Translations under genes and position numbers: made by a program
In this document: piece after piece, positions 38,101 to 51,700 of the stretch
How positions within the stretch are numbered: position 1 is the stretch's first letter
Layout: each line of letters opens with the position of its first letter
The notes under the pieces: model-generated
The model's database searches: none
What the model was told of the DNA's origin: nothing
The model's input: only the letters and a program-made list of their open reading frames with translations
NCBI GenBank assembly: GCA_001179505.1
Contig: CDMY01000821.1
Location: 124,001-188,000 of the forward strand
Origin: Vitrella brassicaformis CCMP3155
Taxonomy: Eukaryota > Protista > Chromerida
Length of the DNA: 64,000 bases
Direction of reading: 5' to 3'

Positions 38101-39084
38101 CCACACCCTCCGAAGTGTACTCCTCCTGATAGACGGACGACACACAGATGAGATGCCTCTTGGGCGGTGTGGTGTGGTATGGTTGAGTGGGCATGTGAGT
38201 GAGTGAGTGAGTGGGTGACCTACCTGTTCAGATCTGAAGAGGTGTTGGTTGAAGTGCTGCTGGAGTTTCTCGTTTGCGAAGTTGATGCACAGCTGCTCGA
38301 AGGAGTTGACGTCAAACACCTCAAACCCGTAGATGTCCAACAAACCGATCTTCAACGCACCGTCGTCACGGAAACCCCTACACACACACACACACACACA
38401 CGTCCATCTCCCTCTCTCTCCCTCTCTCTCCCCCCCTCTGTGTCTGTGTCTGTGTGTGCCTGGAGATGGCCGTGTTGATGCGTTTGACGAGCCAATCGAA
38501 CAGCCGCGAGTAGAGGGCCTTGACGAGCGAGTCCCGCGCATACTGCGCATCCTCAACCGTCCGAGCCATCAGTATGTCCTGCGGGCAGGCAGACCGACAG
38601 ACAGACAACATACGGACGGCCGTGAAGGGAAGAGGTGGTTCTTCACCCACCCACCTGTTTGGTCATGGGGTCCTTGATGGTCTTGGAGCGAAAGACACTG
38701 GCGATCGACTGCGCATCTGCAGACATATGTACACACATATACGGACGCACGCATGCCTCTGTGTGTCTGTGTGTGTCTGTGTGTGTGTGTGGGGGGGCCT
38801 ACCTAGTTGCAAGAGGCTCGCCGCCTTCTGGAGTACGTCAGTGTTGGTGACGTGTGCTCCCTCAGGCTGCGAGCTGCCGCCAGACTCAAACTCAACGTTA
38901 CCCATGTGCAATATACCTATAACACACACACATCTCTCTCTCTCTCTCTCTCGCTCCTCTGTCTATGTGTGCTGAGTGACCGGCTACTGTCCTGAGTGCG
39001 TTGTATTTCTCGTCGGCAGTGAAGCTCAGCCCCTCCATGCACTCCACCGTCTCGACAAACTCCAACACGTCATCCTTGCCTGCA

Positions 39085-39115
<31 letters not shown>

Positions 39116-40615
39116 GACTGTAGGATGCTGTCTCTCTCTCTCTGAGTCTCCCCTCCCATAGACACATACTTACCGGCCACATCGGTGCAGGTGGCTGTGT
39201 AAGCGAAGTGCTGCGGCCCCCCGACGGCCACGTGCGATGCGAACTGCGGCCAGTCGATTTGACACGCCGCCTGCAGCCGCTCGGCCAGGTCGGGGTAGGA
39301 GGGGTCGGTTGTGGCGATGGCGTCGAGCGTCTTGCACAGCTGGTAGAATATGTGGTAGTTGCGCTCGCTCTCCTGCTGCGTCACTATACTGACACACAGA
39401 CACACACAGAGAGACAGAGAGAGGGAGGGAGGGGAGAGGTGTCATGGGTGTGGTGTGCTATGGTCGACTGACCGTGATTTTTCGAGGAGGTAGTTGGAAA
39501 TGCGCGCCGAGGTGAGTTTGCCGCCGTTGTCGAACTGTATCTCGATGAACTTGCCGAACCGGCTGCTATTGTCGTTGCGGAGCGTCTTGGCGTTGCCAAA
39601 CGCCTCCAGCACCGGATTAGATTGCAGCACCTGCAGGCACAACCAACAGCCAACCGCCACACACAGAGGAGAGAAGACACCCATACCCACCCATACCCAT
39701 CCATCCATCCACCCATCCATCCATCGACCCCTCGACCCACTTGCCTGTTGTTCGACGCTGTGTCCGTGTGGCATTCCCTCGAGTATGGCCGCGTCGCACT
39801 CATGGTCCAGGTCGCGCTGGATGTTGGCCAGATACCGCAGGATGATCTTGGTGGCCTCCGTCTTGCCCGCCCCGCTCTCCCCGGAGATGATGATGCTCTG
39901 CGCCTTGCGATCGCGAAGCAACGTCTGGTAGGCCTGCTGCGCCATCGAGTACAGGTGCGGGGGGAGGGAGGAGCCCGACAGGCTGCTACTGCTGGTGCTG
40001 CTGCCGGCGCCGCTGTTGTTGGCATTGCCGGCCGCTTTGCGATATTTTTTGATGGCTTTCGAGTCGTAGAGTCCGGGGAGGTTTTGGTATGGGTTGACGG
40101 AAATGAGTATGGGCATGCCGATGGCGGTGTAGATCATGTCCTTGCCGTAGCGGACCCGGATGTTGTGCAGCAGGGCACCCTCGGTGAAGTCACCCAGGGA
40201 GAGCAGATCCTCCACGCCGGACAGACAGGAACGGTGCACCTGCACACACAACACCCAAACACACAACACACACACAGACACAGACACAGACGCAGAAAGA
40301 ACCCCAGAATGAGAGATCAGCATGCATTAGCCATCCATCCATATGGGCGTGGTGCTGGCGTACCTGGCTGGACTTGCCGGGCGGCACAATGAATCTCTCG
40401 CCATCGTCAGTGACCACCACAAAGTTGCCCTCCTCACTGTCAAAAGACCACACAGATCACACGCATCAGCATCGCCATGCATCAGGGACGTCCTGCGTTG
40501 CTGCCTGGTGCCCTTACTTGACGGAAATGACCCTCCCCGGCACCCATGCGTCGTGCGGGTGCTCCACCCACACTTGGGAGCCCGCAGAGAACGGAGAGGT
40601 ACTTGGATCCGTCAT
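32121..40615 (-). CDS. Myosin heavy chain: N-terminal SH3-like domain, motor, about 4 IQ motifs, long coiled-coil tail; more than 25 exons
   Basis: [116 protein letters not shown] motifs [22 protein letters not shown] and CQSIVRGH. Confidence 0.97.
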
Positions 40616-40860
40616 GGTCTACTGCTCTGACGCCACGCAGCCACGATTCCAACGTCACGTCAACGGCTGACGGTCACTCTGTTTCGCGCCGCCGAAAGCA
40701 CGACAGTCGCCGCACAGGTCAACCACACACACACACACACACACACACACGAGAGTACTGCAGCCATCACTCTCTCCCTGGTTGTCTGTGTGTGTGCTTG
40801 GTGCAGACGCCATTACTCAACAGATTGAATGCATCGGCTGATGAATCATGATTGAGTGAG

Positions 40861-43800
40861 ATGGGCCAGAAGTGCAGCAGCCTGTGCGAGATCAACCTGT
40901 GCCTTGCCCGCCCGCCAGACGACTTCCCGGAGCTCCTCAACCCCTTGTCGGGCCACCTCACCCTCAGCTACAACTTCAAGCACGACGGCAGGGCACCGTT
41001 CAAGGGCGGCAAGCAGACCATCTCTCCGCAGGGCCTCCAGATTCCATGCGCGCACTCACACGCAGACCCCGATGAGGGATCCATGTGAGCTGAAGACTGA
41101 CTTGAAGATGAATCCACAATAAATAGAGTGGAGATCCATTAAATCAATGCCTTTAGCCTTGTTTGGTGTTCGTGCGTGTGTGTGGTATGTGTGCATGCAG
41201 CATCTATCACGCTAAGGACTACTCCCGGCCGGCCCAAACGTCCCTGACCGTCGCAGGCCGAGTGTGTGTGAGCCTCCCCAAGCACCCGCCCCACCCCTCC
41301 CTCCCACCGCCTGGCGTGTGCGTCTTTGCCGTCAACTTCAGAGGCGCATCTCCCGCCACGCACACACAGACACAGACACAGACACAGACGGCGTCCATCG
41401 ACCACCACCCAGACAAGGGCACCAGCAACGGGTCTGGATGTGGGTGGCGAAGTGGGCTGTACCTGTCGTTCTACGCCTGTGTGGAGGGGCGGGGGCGGTA
41501 CTACCTGGTGCCGCAGCTGTCTGTTTTGACGGATGGGTGTGAGGAGGTGCCAATGGACGAGGAGGGGGACGGAGGGGCACTGGGGCCGCTCACTGGCACA
41601 GACGTGGTGGTCGATTTCGTCCTGGCCGACCACAGAGGTCAGGAGGCGATGACATACGATGGATGGATGGATGGAAGAGTGATTGATTGACTGATGGGTG
41701 TGTTGTTGTGGATTGGATGGGGTGCAGGTCGTGATGTGTATGCGGATGTGATAGCGCGGTCGTCTGGGGCCACCCGCCGGCCTCTGCGCGTGCAGCTCCT
41801 GTCGGAGGTGGCCTTCAACAACTGGCGGCAGCCCGCAACACTCACACTGGGGTACTCTCAACACTCACTGCTCGGACGGTACACACACGCACACACACAC
41901 CATTGATTGACAAAACAGTACACATGACTGACGGTGGGGTGTCCGTTCTGTGTCACGATACATACGAGTGCAGGGATACGTCAGTGCATCTGCAGGCTCT
42001 CTATGTGTCCGAGTGTGCTTCGCCGCACGGTGGTCTGTCTGTCCCCTACAACATCGCAGCCACGGCGCCTGCCGCCCTGAGATATATGGCCAGAAACCCA
42101 CACACGGGCGCCTACCACACCGTGAGTGAAGCGGACAAGACCCACACACGCACGAGTGGATGTATGGGTGTGGGTGTGTTGTGGCGTGTGTGCCCAGGGG
42201 GAGCAGCGTGTGTTGTTCAAGGGCCATGTGGCGTGGGAGGCCGCCATGGCCGTCAAAGACAACCTCACCGCACTCCAGGCACGTAACACACCATCTGTCA
42301 ATCCATCCATCCATCCATGTGTGTGTGTGTGTTTCGCAGAGGACCAAGAGCATGCCCCCGACTTCCATCTTCACGTGTGAGCCGTCCCCCTCCCAGCTGC
42401 CCCACCATCTGCAGGAGAAGGCCGACATCTCATCCGTGTGGTTCGCGCACGTCGAAATAAATTTGCTTACACACCCAGGCACACCAGAGGTCAGCAACTG
42501 ATGGATGGATGGATGGATGGGTGGGTCGACTGACGGCATGAATCGCACTTCACTTTTTCTGTTGCCCCCCCAGGGGTGTTTGTATTTGACGCGGCGCTCG
42601 TTGCCCCATGAGCGTGTGTATATGGCGTGTTACATGACGCTGGCTGAGGCGGTGTGCACGTCGGTGGTGTGGCGGTTCACGTGTGTGGAGGAGGACCGGT
42701 CTATGATCACCAGCCAAAACAGAGAGTACTTCAACCAACGGTGAGCCGACAAATGCATTCTATGTCTCTTTCTGTGTGTGTGTGTGTGTGTGTGTGCAGC
42801 GACCGGCCTTTGTTGATGCGTGGTGTGGTGTTGGGTTTGGACACCGTCCACGACACGAGCACCATCATCCGAGCCGCCATATCGCACAAGAACGAGGTCA
42901 TCATCACCGCCACACATGTGTGTGTATGTGCGTGTGCGTGTGTGTTGGTTGTGTTGTGTTCAGTACCTGAGTGAGCAGTTGTTGTGTGAGCTGCCCGTGT
43001 CTGAGTGGGGGACCACCCAGGTGTACCAGGAGGTCTACGACTCAGGCACACACATCATCTACAGGTCAGTCAGGTCAACACACACCTGTTCGCTCCACTC
43101 GCCTCGCCCATCCACCCATCCATCCACTCATGTGTATGTCATTCATTGTGTGTGTCTCGTGTCGTGCAGGGTGACGGTTGAGTATGGCCGTGGTGTTGTT
43201 GGTCGGCAGCAGGCGGTCCTCAAGGCCGAAATGCCGCACGACGTGCTCGTCCAGCCGCCCAGAGAGGAGTGGGGCGCACAAGACATTCAGGCAACCCTTG
43301 ACACCACCCTTACACACACAGGGGACACATCCCTGCACCTCCTGTCTGTGTCAGCTGGACGGCCTCCCCTTAGTGCACAGCGCCAAGAGGATGGCGCATC
43401 ACATCCACTCGGTGGCCCTCTTCGCACGGCCGTCGCATCCGGCACTGATTGAGCACCACCACCAGCAGCAGCAGATGTGCAGCGAAGGTGACGACGGTGG
43501 CAGCAGGACGCCAGACAGGCTCCTGGGCGCTCCTGCTGCTGCTGCTGCTGGTGGCTTGCCCTTCCACACACCTATGTGTAAGCACTCACACACATATCTG
43601 CCCACGGGTCCACTGACGCGGTCTGGCAAAGCAATGTGGGTGTGGATGGTGTGGATGGTTGATGCGATGCAGCGTACGATGGGTGCAACACGAGCAGTTT
43701 CCAGTCGCCCCTCACCGACCCAAACCCCGGCTTCCAGGTGACTGACAGGACCTCGCTGACCCACCAGCAGCCACACGCACACATATACATGCTGCGCATC

Positions 43801-44422
43801 AATCCTTCCGTTCATGTCTGTGTGTGTGTGTGTGTCAGTCTCCGTTGGTGCAGGTGGACGAGGACGGGCGGCACGACGACGACGTCTTCACACCGGTGGG
43901 TGGGCGACCTCACTCACGGCCGGGAGGGAGGGAGGATGTTGTCTGTCTGTTTCTCTGCTGACGGTGTCTGTGTGTATGCGGAACACACACATGAATCAAT
44001 CAATCCATCAGGCTGATGGTGCCGATGAGGAGGGCAGAGGCGCGGGAATACACGTGGGCCCAACAGAGGACAGCGGCGATGACTATGAGGTACTTACACC
44101 AAAACGTACATCTCCTACATGTCTGTTTGTGTGTGTGTGTGTGTGTGTCAACCAATCCACCAACCAGCCCATCAGCCCCCTTGTGACGGCTATACGGACG
44201 GCACAAGACAACACCGTCACCGACACCGTAAGCTGATTGAAGCACACACGAATCCTGCCTGTTGAGTGGATGCCGTGTGCCCTGTCTGTCTGCCCTTTGC
44301 AGCTTCCCTTGTGGCAGGAGCGTTCCCCCGCCGATTGCTGTCTGCTGGCGGTGCTGCCGGTGGCGCCATTCGACGAGCCGGCAGTGGCGCCGCTGCACGG
44401 CGACCAGCAAATGCGCAAGTGA
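40861..44422 (+). CDS. Large multi-exon hypothetical protein with predicted N-myristoylation/palmitoylation (MGQKCSSLC)
   Basis: A chain of in-frame exons separated by microsatellite-rich GT..AG introns, ending ..HGDQQMRK*. No family recognised. Confidence 0.55.
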
Positions 44423-45268
44423 CTGACCAACTCTTATGTGTGTACATTAATTATGTGTGAATGAGGCTGCTGGCCGTGAATATGTGTCTGTGTGTGAGGG
44501 GGTGGGTGGGTGGGTGGGTGGTGGGCTGTGTATAGGTTCATGGATGGATGGATGGATGAATGTGTGGACGAGATGGTGTGTATGCGTGGTGCGTTGATGA
44601 ATCAATCCTCAGTCTCCGTAGATGTATGCAAGAAGTCAGCACCCCTTTTTTCTCTCACAAAGCACTAACTCTGACAGTGTATGTGTGCAAGGGTTCCCCC
44701 GGTGAGCGCCAGCCACGGTACCGCCTCTGCTGATGAGATGGATCACAGCAGAGGAGCTACGTCAGCCGGCACACAGGGAAGGAACACCCACACGCACGCT
44801 GTACGTCCACACACTCACGCAGCCAACCAGTCATTGCAGACAGACAGTTTATGAGCATCCATCCATCAGTTGCGCCGGCGCGGGTCTCTCATGTCTCTCA
44901 TGGGCCCAATTGCTGCGGCTCCAGGAAGAGTGTGTGAGAAAGGTGGGCGAGGGGGTGGTCCCCCGCTGCCTTTCTCACGCACACCTCCTGGAGGCACTCC
45001 AGAATCGGCACCACGCATGGCCGCCCGACCGGCCGACAGCGAATCATTGGGGGCTCAGTAGTTCCACCCATACGTACAAAAGCTCCCGTCACTCAGTGGA
45101 AAAGAATACCCTTCATGGTCGACTCGATATGAGGCAGACAGACACAGGCAGGCAGGCAGACAGACACAGGCAGGCAGGCAGACAGTCACAGGCAAGTGCC
45201 CTATGCATCCGCCACTGTACAGTGCACAGTGCACACACACCGCTGCGTCCGTTCGGGTGTCTGTCGCG

Positions 45269-46383
45269 TCACTCGTTCATGTCGGCCGCCCGTCGCCTCT
45301 GGTACTCTGCAGACGTGACCAGGTGCCGAGTCGCACGCTGCACACAAAGCACCAACCATGCAGACATTCAACCTTGTGTGTACGGAGGAATGAATGCAAA
45401 CATTCGGCGACCTGGGATGCTTTGATGATGGCCACCCAGCCTTCGCCCTCTTGCTGACGGACATACACACGCACACACAGACACGTACACATGGAGGGAT
45501 GCATGCATGCAGCCACGCGTGTGTCTGTCTGAATTAATCTTCAGATGGTGTGGTGTGTGCCGCTGACCCTTTCGTCCCACAGCAGCAGGGGGTTGTCGAC
45601 AAGCCGCTCGTTGACCTCCACCAAATCGCCTGCACCCACCACAACCAAGACAGCACATCACATCACGACACGCAGGATGGGAGCCATTGAGAGCATTCAC
45701 ACGTGTGCCAGTAGAGTGCCCACCGTTGACACATGCGCGGATGTCATAGGACAGGACGTGTCGGGTGCCATCAGCATCAGAAGGCGAGTCGACTTCACAC
45801 ACACAGATTGTCGTCTCGGGCTTCAGAGAAAGACTCCCGCCTGCACGCAGACAGACCAGGTCCGACAAGCCACGCATCCACACATCCTCTTGCGGCCGTC
45901 TGCTGTGTGTGTGCGTACGTTTGCGTTTGCCCGACACTTGTGACGCCAGCGCCTCCTCGGTGAAGCGAAGCCGAAGCTGCCCCCCACCTGGCGGCGGCTG
46001 AGCGGCCACGAGAGGATGGGAGGGCGCCAGGCCGACCACCAACAGGCTGCATGCAATGCAATTCAGTCACAAGTGTTAATGCGGGAGAACCACGCCGGCG
46101 TCTGTGTCCGTGGCTGTGTGTGGTTGGCTCACTCACTGGTTGACGTGTTGGAGGACATAGTGGTCCTCTCCGGGGCATCCCGCCGCGTCCAGGCAGTACA
46201 GCCGAGTGAAATAACGCTGCATCCACGCCACGCAACACACGCAATCCGCAAACCAAACCCGTTCATCGTTCCCTATCGTTCCCTGATGTGATGCTCCCTC
46301 ACCTGGACAAACGGCGGGAACAGCTGTCGGAAGCCCAGCGATGACCTGCCTTTCTCCCCATGTGGTGGGGCATCTCCGTCCAT
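45269..46383 (-). CDS. ABITRAM: ABITRAM/FAM206A (Simiate) homologue, multi-exon
   Basis: Spliced PPFVQ/RYFTRLYCLDAAGCPGEDHYVLQHVN..GLAPSHPL..SQVSGKRKR..IRACVNG/GDLVEVNERLVDNPLLL..EGWVAII..LVTSAEY. This parallels FAM206A RYFTRWY..EDHCILQHSN..VSGKFKRG..GRLMEVNENIL..EGYIAVV. Confidence 0.8.
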
Positions 46384-46726
46384 TTTGGTTCCGGCGCCTT
46401 CAAATGCTCATCTGCTGCTCATATGCCACCCGATCTTCTTCATCTTCTTCCAGGGCAGGGTTGTCATCCTCAGCGAGCTTAGCTTCTTGGGACGCCCGTA
46501 AAACACGCGGGATTGGGCGTCTCTCAAAGAGCAAACGCACTGGATTGAGAGCATTCTGTGGTTCAGAGGTCAGCAAAGACCTCGATTTGCTGAATGCTAT
46601 CGCGTCAGATCTTCCCTGTGTGTGTTTGTCCCTCGGTCGGTCAGCAGGGAGAAGACCGTGTTGAAGGCTGGTGATTGATTCCTGACTGAGCAAGGACAAG
46701 CAGCAAGAAGCATCGACGAAGACAGG

Positions 46727-47501
46727 ATGTACTACGACCCGAGCTACTCGCAGTCCATCCACGCGATGAACCGCGCCGTGTATGGAGGAGGACCTGCGTC
46801 GCAGCCACCACCCGCCGTGTTGCTCACACCGGTATGTACGGTATGTGAGGGTAAAGCAGCTGGCGGGTGTGAAGGGATACATCTCCAGTCGCGTGTGTGT
46901 GTGGTCATTCTCAGCAGGTGCCGACGACCGTGCCTGTGTATGGTCCGGCGTACGCATACCCCACGGGCGGCGTGCCGAGTATCCACCACCAGGTGACTCG
47001 ACTACAGGCACACAGACACACACACACACTCAGACACACAGACACACAGCCAGCCATTCGTGTCATGAAGTAATCTGGCGCTCTGCTGTGTGTCGGGTCG
47101 GATCTGTGTGTGTCAGAATTACGTCGTGGCGACTCACCAGATGGTCCCGCCCATGCACGAGTACCGACCCACACCCGTGGTATGTAGCCATCCACCCACC
47201 TGCACAACCACAACACAACACAATACACGTGCTGACAGACGACACCCAGACAGACAGAGGTGTGTGTGTGTGTGTGTGTCTGCAGACCCACCCGATGGTA
47301 GTGCCGGTGGCAGGGAGCGTTCCACACATGAACTACGTCCTCACCACGACTCCCAACCCGCCGCTGCTGGCACCGATGCCGCTCTACGGTGCGCCGGTGG
47401 GGGTGCCGCTCCCACACACACCCGTGGAGGGCGCCTCCAAGGCCGGCAGCGCACACGAGGAGCCACAGCACAGCGCATCCAAGGACGAGACCGACAAGTG
47501 A
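46727..47501 (+). CDS. Small Pro/Val/Tyr-rich low-complexity protein, 4 exons
   Basis: MYYDPSYSQS..PPPAVLLTP/VPTTVPVYGPAYAYP../NYVVATHQMVPP../THPMVVPVAG..DETDK*, with canonical introns. Confidence 0.6.
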
Positions 47502-48718
47502 AGGAAGAACACATATCGACCGCACACGTGCAGGGGGGGCGAGTTGAGGGATGATGTTGATTGCACGGGCGCCCGCTTGTTGTCTGTTCGTGTATGGATG
47601 GATGGATGGATGTGTGAATGGGATGGATGTGTGGATGGATGTATAACCACAAGCAACCAAGTACAGTACGATCTGGCTTTTTTCCGGCCGGGGGGGCCCG
47701 TAGATGCATAGCAGACGCCATGCCCGTGTGAATTACTTACCTTTCGTTTGCCCTCTTATGAGTCAGTCAGTCGGTCAGTCAGTCAGTCGTGTTTGTTTTT
47801 TATCATGTGTACAGTACCCCATGCCATACATACCATACATACATAGCATCATACCATACCCACCAGCTCTTTCCTGTGTCGAAGAACGAAGGGCGTGGGT
47901 CATTTTTTGTCCATCGTATGGCAGTGGAGAGGGGGGGGAGAGAGCATTATGGCCGTTGCTAAAGCTGCGGCTACAGACGTCTCTGCTGCCTCCTTGAGTA
48001 CAGGAGGGAAGCAGCGCCGTCGGTGGAGGCGGCACAACCAACGGCCACCATGCCAAGGGTTCCTGTTTCGGGATTGCTGTACGGTACACCGGTGCCTTTT
48101 CCTGCACGCACCTCTCTTTTTCGAAACGCATGTGTGAACATGTCATTGTTGACGGGGGCGGGTGCAACTCGACCGATGGATGGACGGACAAGTGTTTTCC
48201 CTGGGTGTCCGTCTGTCTGTCTGTCTGTGCGTGGGTGCACAGATCACTCTCCCATCCCACTGGTTGTAACTATCTTCTTCGGTGAGTGAGTGTGCCTTGG
48301 TCGGCAGAAGGATATACTCAGTCGGGAGAAAAATGCGTATCATGCGTGTGTGTTGGGTTTAGCTGATATCGTAACATGAGCTTGGCGCTCTTGTCGTGAT
48401 GGGCCCCTCATCGCACAATGGCTTGTTGCGGGGAGGGCACCGTACCGGCAGGCGACGAGAGCACGTGTTGACGAATACAGACGGGGTGGAGGGGAGGGGG
48501 GTGAAGATGGGTTGGTTCGGCGAATCACAGACAAATAAAAACGGAACATTGAATGAGTGTTGCATCCATCCAGTGTATCCATCCATATACATTGATCACT
48601 CACGTCGCATGCTCGTGAACAGAGACACATTATGCGCCGATATATCTGTCCACCAGCACACCGACAGACACTCCATATGTACACCAAGCATATCCATCCA
48701 TCCACCGCCATCCGTGTG

Positions 48719-51700
48719 TCACGGGACGAAAGAGCTCCTGATGTTCTCCCAGTGCACCGCGCCACCACTGCCCGCCACCCACTCCACCCACCGCCGCCAC
48801 ATGGTGTCGCGCTTGCTGGACGCACAAAGGATGCACACATACAGGATGGATGAGACGAGCCAATCACAGAAAGACATCTGATTGCTGGTGTGGTGTGGGT
48901 GCGGTGTGCACTATAGCGCTGCCTGTCGCCATGGCATGGCTACACACGCAATTACCTGAGTGTGTCCCGATGCCCCACCACGATAATGCCCCTCCGTGCC
49001 CGAGTAATGGCGACATTCATCCGTCGTGGGTCGGCGAGGAACCCCACCCGACCGTCGCTGTTGCACCTCACCAAAGAGACCAAAATGAGGTCCCTTTCGT
49101 TGCCCTGGAAACCATCCACTGTGTCGATGGCCAGACCCCCGCTGGCGGCCGTCTCCAGGCCGCCCAGCACAGAACCGATCTCTCGGGAGAGGAGCTGACG
49201 CTGGGCGCGGTAGGGCGTGATCACCCTGCACACAACACAACGACCATGCATGAAATGACTGACGTCCGCTGCCTTGTTTCTCTCTCTCTGGCTTGTGTTA
49301 ACCCGATCTGTGCCGGGGTGACATGTTGGCCTTTGAGGAGTCTGCCGACGATGGCGGCCACTACTTTCGCCTCGCGGTCGTTCCAGAAGGAGCATCCCTC
49401 CAGCCCTTCTGAGGCTGGCGGCTGGTCGCTGCTGGTCTCGTCACTCCCACCGCCGTCCGCCTCCGCGTCGCTGGCAGCATTGACGATGGGCAGGGCGGCC
49501 TCCTCGCTCATCTGCTCGGCGACGTGCTCGATGTCGGTGGCGGTGGACTGGGGCGCGCTGCTCACATCGATGAAGCACGCCTGATGCACACGGACACAAA
49601 GAAAAGAACAAAGAAGGGACAAGAGAATGTGACACAATGAATGCACTGCCCCATGAGCCGTTCGTTTGTTCGTTCGTTCGACCCCCCTCTCACACGTAAG
49701 ACATCGTTTGTGTCAGCGGTTTTGGTGGTGGGTGATGGCCAGGGGAAGCCCACTATGGGCGGCAGGGAGGAGTCGGGGAGGGCGTTCTTAAGCTGCTCCT
49801 TGTAGAAGTGCTGATTGGGCCACCACGAGAGGGACGAGTGCATCCTGCGCTGGTGGTCCAGCATCACGAAACAGTCGTCAGACGGCGACAATGACGCCGA
49901 CAGACGCTCGAACAGGCTGACCGAGAGACCTACACACACACAAACACAGTATTATGTGTTGTGTGCCCGGTATGTTGCCGACCTCTCTGTGTGGCTTCTC
50001 TGCTGATGACGGTTGGCGGCAGCTGGTTGGCGTCGCCGATGAGCACAAGCTGCCGGCACTTCCTCGCCAAAGCGACTAGTGTGGCGGGCTCCGTGCTCTG
50101 GGTGCACTCGTCAACCAGCACGCGCTCAAACTCAGCGCCCTGGAACGAAGTCCCACCCGCACCCACACAAGTGCTCACCACCACCTACACACGCACGCGC
50201 CACACAGCACAAGCAAGAACGACACACAGACCGGTTGGTTCTTGTGCTGTGTGGTGCCTGTCTTTGGTCTCTCTCTGCTCTGTGCGCTGCCTTGCCTGGT
50301 GTTGTCTGATGGCGTCTTTGACGGCTTGTGCGTCGGTCGGCGTCTCATCTGCGTCGATGCCCACACGGATGCACCTCACACCAAGCCGCCGCATGGTCGC
50401 CACAAGGTTGGCCGCCGCTGCATTCGAGTCGGCAACGGCTAGCACATTCGCTGAAAGGATCAAATGAGCATACCGCACACGGGGGTGTGGTGCATTCATT
50501 GTGGCCCTGTCTGTCTGTTCCTCTGGCTCTCCCTCACTGTGTGGGTCAATGATGGTCCATGCGAGGACGATGGCCGCTGCTGTGTGGGTCTTGCCGGTGC
50601 CTGGGGGACCCTGTATGATCGTGAGTCTCTGCCTGAGTGACTTCTCGAGCGCATCCCGCTGTCCACCAACAAGCGACGTTATCGTGATCCCCTGAACGAA
50701 CCAACAAACACGAGGAAGGCAATGCAATGGGCGGGAAGTGAACAAGTGAAGGGCCATCAGCTCTCCACCCATGTGTCTGTATCTTCCCAATCCATCGCGT
50801 CCACCCCCTTGAGCCCACCGCCCAGATGCTGCCGCACCACACCCGGTGGACCCCTTCCCACCAGCAGGCCTCGCATCTCAGTCGTGAAGCTGTACGAATC
50901 GCGGTGTGGGAACTGGCACCATGGACGGCCCAGAAGCGACACAGATGCGGCGGGCGCCGACTCATCGACCTCTGCTGCATGGGCGTGGGCGTGTTTGTGG
51001 CCGTGTCGCAACGCCGCTGCGCGGTCTGCGAGTTTCTCTGACCGACTCTTCTTAGCCCTGGCGGAGGGGTAATGGGCGTGAAGAATGCGGCCCAGACGGG
51101 CCTGCAGAGTCAGCGATCTGCCGACGGCATTCACACACAGAGACAGTGTTTCTCATCCGCGAGTGTTGATGATAGAAGTGTGTCAGAGGGCACCTGAGAG
51201 CCCTCAGCGACCGCAGGTAAGGGATCATGGACACGTGCAGCGGCGCCACTCTGATGAACTCGTGGCCCTCCTTGTCGATCCACTCCTTCCGCTCGCCAGA
51301 CGCCACGTACCGCCCCACCCTCAGCCACTCGGCAGCGGCCTCCCGGCCCTCTCCAGAGGCATACTTGAGATACTCTCGCGGAATCCTCTCCATCTCGTGC
51401 TGGTTGGTCAGGCGGTCCACCAGCTGCACCAGCATCACGACTTCGTTGCTCTCGAGACGCGACCAGGCCATCTCAAAGGATAGGCCGAAAGACCTCAGCC
51501 GCCTGAAGGTGGGGCGCTTTGATGGTTTGGCCACGCTGCTCCCGCCCTCGTAGGTTGACGGCTCATCTGATCCGTTGATGATGCCCGTCTCGGCGAGCTG
51601 GTCACTGTTGATGAATTGACGCACGACGCCAAGGTGGTACTCGTAGGCCGCGTCGTTGGCAGCTGATGGTGAGACAGCCCCGCCACGCGGCAGCCCGATC

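Noticed and set aside
44733-45260. ORFs between the 40.9-44.4 kb gene and ABITRAM
   Set aside because: Low-complexity, microsatellite-laden and with no consistent gene model.
47775-48470. Possible small minus-strand gene downstream of the helicase
   Set aside because: Some splice-like signals are present, but there is no recognisable product or reliable start.
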